A stretch of DNA of 64,000 bases, taken from positions 104,904,001-104,968,000 of the forward strand of contig OZ024742.1 of the NCBI GenBank assembly GCA_964016885.1, in the 5' to 3' direction. Every line of letters starts with the position of its first letter. The first letter of the stretch is position 1. This document shows, one piece after another, positions 25,904 through 38,683 of this stretch. This DNA is from Eledone cirrhosa. Lineage: Eukaryota. A program made the translations under genes and the position numbers. Below the pieces are notes generated by a model. That model was not told where the DNA came from, did no database searches, and saw only the letters and a program-made list of their open reading frames with translations.

Positions 25904-28757
25904 CATCATCATCATCATCATCATCAGCGTTTAACGTCCGTGTTCCACGCTTGCATGGGTTTGGACGGGGGTAGTCCCACTTGAGGCAAGAGTGATTGTC
26001 TTGCTCGCATAGGACTGTCTGGCAGGTTTTCTACAGTTGGATGCCCTTCCTAACACCAACCACATTTACAGTGTGGGTCTGGGAGGTTTTTACCGTGTTG
26101 CCTACACGGCCACATTACAGCGTGGACTGTGTGTTTTTTTGTCGTGACACCTACACGATCTCATTTGTTTCGGCCTCGATGGCGCGGCACCAACATAACT
26201 TTACATAGAACGGGGTGGTGTGGATCGGGTGGGGGTGGTGGGACGGGGTGTATTTGTTAGAGATGCCTACTGGCTGGAGTAGGTTTTACTATATATTTAG
26301 GTAAGGCGGGTCTTCTCTGTTACTGAGTACCGCCAAAGGTCTCGGTCCAGTGACATTGTCTTGGAGAGGTGTAAGTGTGTGATGTCGGAGTTTATCAGCT
26401 CGTCCCAGGTTTTTCTAGGTCTGCCTATTCCGTGACTACCGTCTATCTTTATTGCCCTGCACTTTGTTATACAGCTATCGACTTTCATGCGCATCACGTG
26501 TCCATACCAACGTAGCCTTCTCTCGAGTAAACAACATCTGATCCCTCTTATCTCTAATTTATTCCTTAGTTCGTTTATGCTTTGCCGTTCACGTATATTA
26601 CTGTTACACATCCAGCGGAGCATGCAAGCTTCGTTCCTCTCTAGTCTGCGTATATCCTCTGCACACAATGCCCAGGTCTCACTGCCATGCAGCATTGCTG
26701 TTCGTATGCAGGCATCGTACAACCTGCCTTTCATTTTTAGTGAGAACCCTTTAGCAGCTAATAGTGGTATAAGCTCTCTGAACTTTTTCCAACCAGTTCT
26801 GACTCTAGCTACAGTACTTTCAGAGCACCCTCCCCCACTGCTGATTTTATCGCCCAGGTAACGGAAGCTGTCCACTATTTCTATAGAACCCTCTGCGCAA
26901 TTGAAAGAGCTAGTAGTTTGTGGGCACTTGCTGCTACTTATTGCACCAGAGCACCGGCCACATGTAAAATCTATGTTCTTAGTTAGCCTACCTGTGATCC
27001 CACTACATCTTTTATGCACCCATACTTTGCATTTAGGACATAAAATGGAGTTTCTACCTACGCCTTTCCTACACACCGAGCACGACCATTTCCCAGAAGG
27101 GACCGCCGCCTTGTTTTCTTTCCTACAAACTAGTACTTTGGTCTTAGCCAGGTTAATTTTAAGTCCTTTTGACTCTAGGCCGTGCTTCCATGTTTGGAAT
27201 TTCTTCTCTAGCTCGGCCATTGATTCCGCTATGAGTGTCAGGTCGTCTGCGTATAGGAGTTCCCAAGGGCAGCCTGTCTTGAACTCCTCTGTTATGGCCT
27301 GAAGGGCAATAATAAATAGTAGTGGACTGAGAACAGAGCCCTGATGGACGCCGACTTTTACGCTAAACTCTTCACTATATTCGTTGTTAATTCTAACCTT
27401 GCTGACTGTTTCTTTATACATGGCTTGTATAGCCCTCACAAGCCATTCGTCAACGCCTAGTTTTCTAAGAGCCCACCAGATAATGGAGCGGGGGACTCTG
27501 TCGAAGGCTTTCTCCAAGTCGACAAAAGCTAAGTAGAGGGGTTTACCTTTAGCTAGGTACTTCTCTTGTAGTTGTCGTACTATGAAAAGAGCGTCTGTGG
27601 TACTTTTGCCTGACACAAACCCGAACTGCATTTCATCTAGGTCAATTCTCTCTCTGATTAGTTGCGCTATTACTCTTTCCGTGACCTTCATGACCTGGTC
27701 GATTAATTTAATGCCTCTATAGTTACTCCTATCTAGGGCGTCTCCTTTACCCTTATAACAGTTAACGATGATGCTGCTATGCCAGTCCTTCGGAACAACC
27801 CCGTTTTGTACGACTTGGTTAACTATGCGGGTGACCATGGTGTGTCCCACCGTGCCAGATGCCTTCAGCATCTCAGCAACTATTTCCGAAGGCCCAGCCG
27901 CCTTACCAGTCTTCATATCCTTGATTGCCTTACTTATTATACTCCCCTCGACTAACACTGCTGGTCCCTCTATTGGGTCGATATGGGGGAGACTGCCTTT
28001 CTCCCAATTATTCTCCTCATTTAGAAGCCTTTCATAGTGACACTTCCAAGCTACCTTCTTATCAGCGTCGGTGATGGCAAGTGTGCCATCGTCGTTTAGT
28101 ACACACTTCTCCCCGACAATATCACGGTTTTCCTTGACGCATTGCCTAGCAATCCTGAACACCTCACGTTTTTGGTCATCGCGTTGTAGAACATGCTTGA
28201 ACTTTCTTTCCTCAGCTTCCCTTCTTGCTAAGTACACTTGTCTCCTAGCTTCCCTCCTGGCCACTTGATAGTCCTCTCTACTTCCCCCATCCCGCCATAC
28301 TTTCCAAGCCTGCTTTTTGGCCTTAATTGACCCCTCCACCTTACTGTTCCACCACCATGTTACTCTCCTCCTGCCTACAGGCCTGCTCCAGCCACAGACC
28401 TCGTCTGTCGCCAACAGCAGGTTTGCTTTCAGAAATTCCCACTCTCCCTCTATATTGTCCGACTCTAAATGTTCTTCCTTACTGTCGAAAGCATCAAGTA
28501 ATATGCTTTGAAATTTATTCCTGGCTGTGGGGTCCTTTAGCTTCCATATTTTCCTCCTGAGGATAGTCCTCTTCTGTTGTCGAGTACGTCTCGTCCTGAC
28601 TATGAGGTCGCTAATTATCAGTCTATGTTGGGAGGTGCATTCTTCATGGGGGAGGGATTTAGTGTTAACAACAGACACTCTGTCACGTCTTCTGGTAAGG
28701 ATATAATCTACCTGGCTTGTGTGTTCCCCGGATCTATAGGTGATCAGGTGATTGTCA
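25904..28757 (-). mobile_element. RTE-clade LINE, 5'-truncated within the APE domain, with long 3' UTR and (GAT)n tail
   Basis: Open frame 26297-28757; tail (CAT)n at 25904-25926; 5' end abuts (TA)n. Confidence 0.95.
26297..28757 (-). CDS. RTE ORF: partial APE, RT (YADD), PHD-type C4HC3 finger insertion and RTE C-terminus; uninterrupted but without native start
   Basis: SQVDYIL, SQHRL, FVDLEKAFDRVP, GVHQGSVLSP, LYADD, CSVC..CPKC..HKRC..CGRC, FRYLG, LHGSETW, GRPRKTW; predicted N-terminal extension is TA repeat. Confidence 0.88.
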
Positions 28758-28797
28758 TATACATATATATCTATACAAACATGTGTGGGTGTGTATA

Positions 28798-28831
<34 letters not shown>

Positions 28832-28832
<1 letters not shown>

Positions 28833-28978
28833 ACGAAGGAAATGTGGTAAGGAACCAGGTGGACCATAACGCACCAAAGTACTCAATACTTGAGGTAGTA
28901 GAGTGGATAATAGGAACCAGTAAGACCCCGACAGCTGAGCTCAAGCCGTTTCGACGGCTAATTCTGGACGGCTAATTC

Positions 28979-28979
<1 letters not shown>
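28832..28979. mobile_element. (TA)n-embedded short element, copy 1 (putative Penelope-like pLTR remnant)
   Basis: Matches 41821-41958 from the same AACGAAGG start; ends with a local duplication of GACGGCTAATTCT. Confidence 0.65.
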
Positions 28980-29010
<31 letters not shown>

Positions 29011-29187
29011 GTTCCTATTGTTATGTTATTCAGAAGAGATACCCAATGTGTTGACAATGTGATGTAAGACATTAAGACTCATGTTGCTTCGCCACCATGT
29101 TAGTTCGTCTGTTAGTTTGATAGCTTGCCAGATATCAAAATACCTCGCTAACCTACAAAGGATAAAACTAGAGCATATGTCCGCCAT

Positions 29188-29292
29188 AAGTCGCTGGCTG
29201 GACTAAAAAGTCACACTCGTTCAGCGCATCGGTAGGGGTTCTCCTACATGGATATAAAGTAGTGGGCGTACTCGAAAACCAGTTGGCAGCCA

Positions 29293-29294
<2 letters not shown>
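29188..29294 (+). mobile_element. 3' tip of the bipartite RTE element
   Basis: Matches 25738-25844. Confidence 0.8.
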
Positions 29295-29331
<37 letters not shown>

Positions 29332-29362
29332 TATATGTGTATGTATATATGTATATATACAT

Positions 29363-29451
<89 letters not shown>

Positions 29452-29456
29452 TATAA

Positions 29457-30067
29457 CATGGGACGAGCTGATAAATTCCGACCTCACACACTTACACCTC
29501 TCCAAGACAATGTCACTGGACCGAGACCTTTGGCGGTACTCAGTAATAGAGAAGACCCGCCTTACCTAAATACAAAGTAAAAACCTACTACAGTCAGTAG
29601 GCATCTCTATCAAAACATACCCCGTCCCACCACCTCCACCCCATCCACACCGCCCCTTTCAATGTAAAGTTATGTTGGTCCCACAACATCCAGGCCGAAA
29701 CAAATGAGATCGTGTAGGTGTCACGACAAAAAACATACAGTCCACGCTGTAAATGTGGCCGTGTAGGCAACACGGTAAAAACCTCCCAGCCCCACACTGT
29801 AAATGTGGTTGGTGTTAGGAAGGGCATCCGGCTGTAGAAAACCTGCCAGACAGTCCACGCTGTAATGTGGCTGTGTAGGCAACACGGTAAAAACCTCCCA
29901 GCCCCACACTGTAAATGTGGTTGGTGTTAGGAAGGGCATCCAACTGTAGAAAACCCGCCAGACAGTCCTATGCGAGCAAGACAACCACTCTTGCCTCAAG
30001 TGGGAAAACCCCCATCCAAACCCATGCAAGCGTGGAACACGGACGCTAAACCTGATGATGATGATGA
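29457..30067 (+). mobile_element. RTE 3' end with an internal ~110-bp tandem duplication
   Basis: Matches 37372-37850; CAGTCCACGCTG...GCCAGA segment occurs twice (~29738-29850, ~29851-29961); (TA)n on both sides. Confidence 0.88.
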
Positions 30068-30779
30068 TATATATATATATGTGTATGTATGTATATATAT
30101 ATATATATTGTACATGTGGTTATACTTCTGTTATCAAGAATTTGGTGAGTACGATAGGTGTACAAATTTGAAAAAGTTTAAATTAACAAGTTGTGAGGAT
30201 TTTATAACTTGATGTCCACTTCCTAATATTGATGATTTAAATGTGAAACAAAAAAGCCTGGGTAAGATATTTTCCTGGAAGTCACCCATGCCAGTGGTGT
30301 TGTCCAAGAGAAAATCAAAGGCTGATATAGTTTGGCATCAATGATATTGCAACTCATTTTTTCTCATTGAGTGAACTGGAAAAACATGAAATAAAGTATC
30401 TTGCTCAAATACGAATTGCACCACATGGTCTGGGAATCTAACTCACAACCTCATAATCATGCATCCAACACCCTAACAATTAGATCACATGTCTTCACTA
30501 ATGAAGATAATTAAATTCCCCCACTGGTTCTCCCGGAAAACTATCTTATGAGATCAATCTGTCTTCATAGCTGGTCTCAAACTAATAATCTTTTATATAT
30601 GTTCATCAACACCTTAATTCTTAACATCCTGTACTGCATCAAATCACATAAACAAGACATTCTTGAAAAGTACAAAACAGCACTATGACAGCAGCACACT
30701 AAAAATTACAATCTCACCTGAATACTGCAAATTTTCACAACAATCTGTCCATTAGAAAATATATTATAAACATTTGAAT

Positions 30780-32280
30780 CAAACATTTGAATCTATTCAG
30801 TGAGGCCAAATTCCATGACACTGTATCCTGTCTTGTCTGGGGTCCAGTTAATGCTCAAAGACACTGCCTGCATTTTTGGCTCTCTAATTCTCTCGAAAAC
30901 GATACGGGCATGCCTGGAGATCAAACATGCAGACCTGTTGAGAATAACGTAGAGGTTGCATTTCATTGACGTTCACCCAACTCTCTTCGCCCTGAGGAAT
31001 TGCTTTACTCTTCCTAAATTTTTGTTCATGCTGTGCGGAGCACCTTGTCACCCTCTCATGAATCACCTCAATGAACTTGATGCCACCATCCGGTACTGTG
31101 TGGAACTCATCTGCAATGTCAGTTTCAACAGCACCGATTGGCAACAGGCAAAGCTCCTGTGAAGTTTAGAGGTCTTGGCCTCCCATCCACATCAGATTTA
31201 GAACTGCCAGCCTACCTCTCCTCAATCTCCTCTAATTGCACCCTCATCAGCAAGATCCTCTGCAAGACAGCAGAACAAGACATGACCCAAGAACTGGAGC
31301 TGGCTCTGGCTGATTGGACCAGCGAAGGTCCCTCCCTCCCCCAATATACCGATACCTAATGTAACTGAGATAACATCAAGTGCAGGTCTACCTTCATGTG
31401 AATCAAGTCTCACTTAGACTAACACCGCCTTGCCAGCCTCTATTCTGCCTCGCAGCCAAACAGCATTGCATGTCTCAATTTGGTGCCTACTTCATCAACT
31501 TGATGTCGAGTGCACTCACTTCAGAATAGCTCAATGCCTCAACCTCCGCATGTGTGAGCCACATAAATGCTATTGGAGAGCTGTCGTCGATGAATTTGGT
31601 CTGACTCATTATCATGCCACCAGAGTGCACACCAGTTCCTCCTACATGCCACTCTCAATGACATAATGAGAAGGAGCCTCGGCACACCTGGCTTCCTGTC
31701 AAAACTGGAGCCAGAAGGCATCAATCAGGGTGGTGGCAAGTGCCCCAACAGAATTACCCTCATTCCTTTCAAAGGAGGTAAATCCTTTATCTGGGATGTG
31801 ACTGGCTGCAACATGTTCTCTGCCATCAACTTAATTGCCTTGGCCACAAACCCCAGTACCATGGCTCGCAATGCAAAGGGCAGGAAGACAAGCAAATACT
31901 GGAGCTTGTCCGGCTGCTTTCTCTTTGCTCTGGTTTCTGTGGAAACATCAGTCATCCTCGGACCCAGGACAGCTGAGCTCATCTGCAAAATCATATCAAT
32001 ATCACTCCATCTGAGGAAGGAGCTCTGTGAGGTGGGGTGGCTGTTGTTGTGTGTGTCACTGGCCATTGACCGCAGAAATGTCTTTGCCATTTTGTACGCA
32101 GGGCAGAGCCGAAAACCCACTCTGGCCTATGTGTAGAGTCTGTCCCCCTCTCCCCTCCCCCTTTTCTTCCTTTGTCTAGTAGTTCTTGCTCTTCCCCTCC
32201 TATTCCTCTCATTTATGGCATTTATAGTCCTTTCCAATACTGCTCTTTTTTTCCCTGTATGTTTAACCTAATAAAAATAT
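30780..32280 (+). mobile_element. CRE-clade LINE relic (post-RT region and restriction-like endonuclease)
   Basis: IDVHPTLFALRNCFTLPK, QAKLPVKFRGLGL, EPEGINQGGGKCPNRITLIPFKGGKSFIWDVT (cf. EPxGLxRxDGKRPDGxTLxPWxxG..WDxT); AATAAA near 32270. Confidence 0.8.
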
Positions 32281-32669
32281 ACATTTTCTGTAAACCATTA
32301 CAGGATGTTAAGAGTTAAGTTACTGATTCAGTGCTGAATCATGGATCTGAAAGCATGGATGAATTACACAGTATTCCTTTACTGATAACTAACGAATTTT
32401 CCTGGAAGAAATAAAAGAACACAATTCTACTCTCCCATCCACTCCACACTAAGAAAAATGAAGATATAAAAAGAAACTAAAATGCAGTAAAACTGAGAAT
32501 TTAAGGTTAAATTATGCTTTTAAATGGTTTTCAATGCCCAAAAATAAATTTATTTCCAATGTTGCTGTGCTGGAAACCATTTTCAGAGAACATGCTTACA
32601 TCTCCCAGCTGACTCTTATAACTAATGTTATATATATAGGTTTTAAACTTGAGAGCAAAAACAAAAATA

Positions 32670-32737
<68 letters not shown>

Positions 32738-32934
32738 ATAGATAAATAAATAATATTATAAATAAACATGAATAAATAATTAAATGTTAAAAAAAAATAG
32801 AATGAAAATTTAAAGAAACAAATGGGAGAAAATATATATCAATATCATGAAAATAAATATTCTATATAAAAAAGGTGAAATAATTAAGGAAATTCCTAGA
32901 AAACATTTACAAAATAATACACCTACACTTACAT

Positions 32935-33153
32935 AGAACTAGACAGATACACATGCACACACACAGAAACAAACATATATATACACACACAGAAACAAAC
33001 ATATATATATACACACACATACAAACAAACATATATATACACATATAGAAACAAACATATATATACACATATAGAAACAAACATATATATACACATATAA
33101 AAGCAAACATATATACACACATAGAAATAAACATATATATACACACATATTGA

Positions 33154-33219
<66 letters not shown>

Positions 33220-33548
33220 GAAACAAAAATATACACATACAGAGAAAAAACAAACACATACACACAGATACAAACATATATACACATATATAGAAACAAA
33301 CATTTATATATACATATATAGAAACAAACATATATCCACACACATAGAAACAAACATATATACACACACACAGAGAAACAAACCATAAATACATACAGAG
33401 AAAAACAAATATATATATACACACAGAGAAACAAACATACATACACACACAGAGAAAAAACATACATACACAGACAGAGAAACAAACATACATACAGAAA
33501 GAAACAAACACACATACACACAGAGAAAAAACAAATATATATACACAT
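32935..33548. repeat. Complex minisatellite (ACACATATAGAAACAAACATATATAT-like units) with (TA)n
   Basis: Direct reading; source of the spurious VCMYI-type ORFs. Confidence 0.85.
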
Positions 33549-33774
33549 GTAAAAATAAATAGGAAGAAGTGATGTGTGTCAATTTTAATTCAAATAGTTA
33601 CTATGGCAACTAATCATGTGATTGGAAGACAACAAGACTATATGATATAGCACGGCATGTTCAGTGAAATTGATGGCTGATTAGGAAATTGGTAAAGTCT
33701 CAAAATTGATCTGCTAACATCGTGTCTTTGATTTGTGTTAGATTTAATAGACAAACGTATACATATATATACAT

Positions 33775-33825
<51 letters not shown>

Positions 33826-33826
<1 letters not shown>

Positions 33827-34464
33827 TAGCAGTGGTACCCGGCGTTGCACGGGATAAGGTATTTTGGAACGCGGGCCGCCAACTGACCTAATCGTGGAAA
33901 AACTGCATGCCTGGACAATATGTAAAGAAAATAAACCAAATACTCTGATGGCTGGATAATCTAAGATTAGATTTCCTCGATGAAGCAGGAAAAAGGCAGG
34001 TTTTCACCTAATGCGGGCCCTAGGGGATCAAGAAAATGAATTTTTTTTATGTGCATAATATGCCTTGAAATTTCGGGAAAATCGGCTAGATGTAACGCCT
34101 CAAAAGAGCCTTAAAAAGCTGAAAAAAATGAAGTTTTTCAAACTAATGCCCTAGGCCATAAAAAAGTTGGATTTTCTTTGCTCATGGTATGAAGAAGAGT
34201 CTGACTAATACATAGTTACAATTTCAAGGAAATCGGTCTGACATAACGGGGATCAAAAAGTTGCATAACACTCCCTGAAATATAAGTAATACACATGTAA
34301 AGTTTGAAAAAGATCGGTTGGGTACTTCTCGGGTTTCACACACACACACACACACACATACACATACACACACATACACACATACATACATACATACATA
34401 CATACATACATACATACATACATACATACATCCTTTCTCAGTTTTATATATATACATATATAGA
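33826..34464 (-). mobile_element. Non-autonomous Helitron
   Basis: 5' TC and 3' CTAG, inserted between A and T; subterminal hairpin CCCGTGC-AAC-GCCGGG; (TATG)n/(TG)n tract near the 5' end. Confidence 0.82.
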
Positions 34465-34946
34465 TTAAAATAACAGATTAAAGTTTAAGCAAAGAATCGT
34501 TGCTTTCACCCTCAACGGGATGTTCTGAAACTAAAAACATCAATCTGTGAACGCAGAAGTAAATATTTTGAAAAACACTGCAACCGAAGGAAAACAGGAA
34601 GATGATACTTTGGTTCGTGAAGACATTCCCTGGTAATGAACGGATAATAGTGAACATAATACGTCATCAATGTTCGTTAGAATGTCGTAATGCAGACAGC
34701 CAGGCATACAGACAGATATTATAAGAGCGCGACGGAGATGGATAACCGGCACCTAACACCCCTTTAACAACAGAAAATTGAAAAATAAAAGCTGCAGTTA
34801 ATATCTTTAGACCGCAAGGAATATATAAATGCAAGTTTGAAGTAGATCGGAGTAGAAATGTGGATTTGTATAGACTTTGCAAAAATGAGGACACACACAC
34901 ACAGACAACATCAGTTTTATATATGTAGATATATAGATACATACAT

Positions 34947-35003
<57 letters not shown>

Positions 35004-35036
35004 CATACATGTGTATATATATATATATATATATCG

Positions 35037-37850
35037 TGACAATCACCTGATCACCTATAGATCCGGGGAACACACAAGCCAGGTGGATTATATCCTTACC
35101 AGAAGACGTGACAGAGTGTCTGTCGTAAACACTAAATCCCTCCCCCATGAAGAATGCACCTCCCAACATAGACTGATAATTAGCGACCTCATAGTCAGGA
35201 CGAGACGTACTCGACAGCAGAAGAGGACTATCCTCAGGAGAAAAATATGGAAGCTAAAGGACCCCACAGCCAGAAATAAATTTCAAAGCATATTACTTGA
35301 TGCTTTCGACAGTAAGGAAGAACATTTACAGTCGGACAATATAGAGGGACAGTGGGAATTTCTGAAAGCAAACCTGCTGATGGAGACAGACGAAGTCTGT
35401 GGCTGGAGCAGGCCTGTAGGCAGGAGGAGAGTAACATGGTGGTGGAACAGTAAAGTGGAGGGGTCAATTAAGGCCAAAAAGCAGGCTTGGAAAGTATGGT
35501 GGGATGGGGGAAGTAGAGAAGACTATCAAGTGGCCAGGAGGGAAGCTAGGAGACAAGTGTACTTAGCAAGAAGGGAAGCAGAGGAAAGAAAGTTCAAGCA
35601 TGTTCTACAACGCGAGGACCAAAAACGTGAGGTGTTCAGGATTGCTAGGCAATGCGTCAAGGAAAACCGTGATATTGTCGGGGAGAAGTGTGTACTAAAC
35701 GATGATGGCACACTTGCCATCACCGATGCTGATAAGAAGGTAGCTTGGAAGTGTCACTATGAAAGGCTACTAAATGAGGAGAATAAATGGGAGAAAGACA
35801 GTCTCCCCCATATCGACCCAATAGAGGGACCAGCAGTGTTAGTCGAGGTGAGTATAATAAGTAAGGCAATCAAGGATATGAAGACGGGTAAGGCGGCTGG
35901 GCCTTCGGAAATAGTTGCTGAGATGCTGAAGGCATCTGGCACGGTGGGACACACCATGGTCACCCGCATAGTTAACCAAGTCGTACAGAATGGGGTTGTT
36001 CCGAAGGACTGGCACAGCAGCATCATCGTTAACTGTTATAAGGGTAAAGGAGACGCCCTAGATAGGAGTAACTATAGAGGCATTAAATTAATCGACCAGG
36101 TCATGAAGGTCACGGAAAAAGTAATAGCGCAACTAATCAGAGAGAGAATTGACCTAGATGAAATGCAGTTCGGGTTTGTGTCAGGAAAAAGTACCACAGA
36201 CGCTCTTTTCATAGTACGACAACTACAGGAGAAGTACCTAGCTAAAGGTAAACCCCTCTACTTAGCTTTTGTCGACTTGGAGAAAGCCTTCGACAGAGTC
36301 CCCCGCTCCATTATCTGGTGGGCTCTTAGAAAACTAGGCGTTGACGAATGGCTTGTGAGGGCTATACAAGCCATGTATAAAGAAACAGTCAGCAAGGTTA
36401 GAATTAACAACGAATATAGTGAAGAGTTTAGCGTAAAAGTTGGCGTCCATCAGGGCTCTGTTCTCAGCCCCCTACTATTTATTATTGCCCTTCAGGCTAT
36501 AACAGAGGAGTTCAAGACCGGCTGCCCATGGGAACTCCTATACGCAGACGACCTGACACTCATAGCAGAATCAATGGCCGAGCTAGAGAAGAAATTCCAA
36601 ACATGGAAGCACGGCCTAGAGTCAAAAGGATTTAAAATTAACCTGGCTAAGACTAAAGTTCTAGTTTGTAGGAAAGAAAACAAGGCGGCGGTCCCTTCTG
36701 GGAAATGGTCGTGCTCGGAGTGTAGGAAAGGCGTAGGTAGAAACTCCATTTTATGTCCTAAATGCAAAGTATGGGTGCATAAAAGATGTAGTGGGATCAC
36801 AGGTAAGCTAACTAAGAACATAGATTTTACATGTGGCCGGTGTTCTGGTGCGATAAGTAGCAGCAAGTGCCCACAAAATACTAGCTCTTTCAATTGCGCA
36901 GAGGGTTCTATAGAAATAGTGGACAGCTTCCGTTATCTGGGTGATAAAATCAGCAGTGGGGGAGGGTGCTCTGAAAGTACAGTAGCTAGAGTCAGAACTG
37001 GTTGGAAAAAGTTCAGAGAGCTTATACCACTATTAGCTGCTAAAGGGTTCTCCCTAAAAATGAAAGGCAGGTTGTACGATGCCTGCATACGAACAACAAT
37101 GTTGCATGGCAGTGAGACCTGAGCATTGTGTGCAGACTAGAGAGGAACGAAGCTTGCATGCTCCGCTGGATGTGTAACAGTAATATACGTGAACGGCAAA
37201 GCATACACGAACTAAGGAAAAAATTAGAAATAAGAGGGATCAGATGTTGTTTACTCAAGAGAAGGCTACGTTGGTATGGACACGTGATGCGCATGAAAGT
37301 CGATAGCTGTATAACAAAGTGCAGGGCAATAAAGATAGACGGTAGCCACGGAATAGGCAGACCTAGAAAAACCTGGGACGAGCTGATAAACTCCGACCTC
37401 ACACACTTACACCTCTCCAAGACAATGTCACTGGACCGAGACCTTTGGCGGTACTCAGTAACAGAGAAGACCCGCCTTGCCAGTAGGCATCTCTAACAAA
37501 ATACACCCGTCCCACCCCACCACCCCCACCCCATCCACACCACCCCGTTCTATGTAAAGTTATGTTGGTGCCGCGCCATCCAGGCCGAAACAAATGAGAT
37601 CGTGTAGGTGTCACGACAAAAAAACACACAGTCCACGCTGTAATGTGGCCGTGTAGGCAACACGGTAAAAACCTCCCAGACCCACACTGTAAATGTGGTT
37701 GGTGTTAGGAAGGGCATCCAACTGTAGAAAACCTGCCAGACAGTCCTATGCGAGCAAGACAATCACTCTTGCCTCAAGTGGGACTACCCCCGTCCAAACC
37801 CATGCAAGCGTGGAACACGGACGTTAAACGTTGATGATGATGATGATGAT
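35037..37850 (+). mobile_element. RTE-clade LINE with PHD insertion, 5'-truncated; inverted twin of 25904-28757
   Basis: Same protein; TGG>TGA at 37120-37122 and a 13-nt deletion between GCAGA repeats; (GAT)n tail. Confidence 0.95.
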
Positions 37851-37891
37851 GATATATACATACATACAAATATATATACATACATATATAT

Positions 37892-38499
37892 GGTGGCTGC
37901 CAACTTGTTTTCGAGTACGGCCACTACTTTATATCCATGTAGGAGAACCCCTACCGGTGCGCTGAACGAGTATGACTTTTTAGTCCAGCCAGCGACTTGA
38001 AAACTCTGGTACAAACACTACACTTGTGACAATTGTTGACACATAGTGCTGGGCCCATGGTACCATGTGACGACAAGTGCAGAGAGATCTCCAGATATAA
38101 AGCAATGCCTGTGCCGTGAAGCTTTTATAGTGAGCAAAGGCACTGCACAAAGCCAGTCCCACTCTCTTAACCAAGATGATATTTACCAAAAAGAAGAACA
38201 AGTCAACATCATTGGATACCATCAGGGTTGCAGGTGTTATATCAGAGTTTTCCTTCTCCTAGAATTCTGCCTTGACAAAGGCTAAGGGGTCATCTCTCCC
38301 GGTGATTTTGCATGGCCATTGACTCTTAAGAGCTCCTTTGCTCTTTGACAGGTTTTGTTTTTAGTCCTTCAGGATGTCCAAAGTCACCCTCCTCACGAAG
38401 TAACCTTGGTGGGGTTGCCAGTTTAGTCGCCAATGACCTGACCATGAGACAGGTTGTACTGGGATACATGTTACCAGTAGCACCAACTGGTGACCTGAC
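37892..38499 (-). mobile_element. Full-length bipartite non-autonomous RTE element (~610 bp: RTE 5' UTR plus zinc-finger 3' end)
   Basis: CTAGGAGAAGGAAAACTCTGA motif recalled from RTE 5' UTRs; 3' [25 protein letters not shown]; 5' end GTCAGGTC shared with 45324-45844. Confidence 0.75.
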
Positions 38500-38683
38500 A
38501 TACATATATACATACATACATACATGCAAATATATATACATACATATATACATACATACATATATACATACATATACATATATACACATACATACCACAC
38601 ACACACACACACACATATATATACACATACATACATACATACATACATACATACATACATACATACATACATACATACATGTA

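Noticed and set aside
28758-28867. N-terminal extensions making the RTE ORFs look complete (also 34858-35036)
   Set aside because: Read-through into (TA)n and neighbouring elements; both RTEs lack most of the APE domain
32907-33582. Long ORFs rich in YI/CV/HT (also 29168-29580, 38326-38803, 49917-50218, 59202-60376)
   Set aside because: Translations of stop-free micro- and minisatellites
38400-38499. HDV-like ribozyme at the 5' end of the bipartite RTE elements
   Set aside because: TACTGG/CCAGTA hairpin and GACTAAAC are conserved, but I could not build P1, P3 and P1.1 by eye; needs a descriptor search
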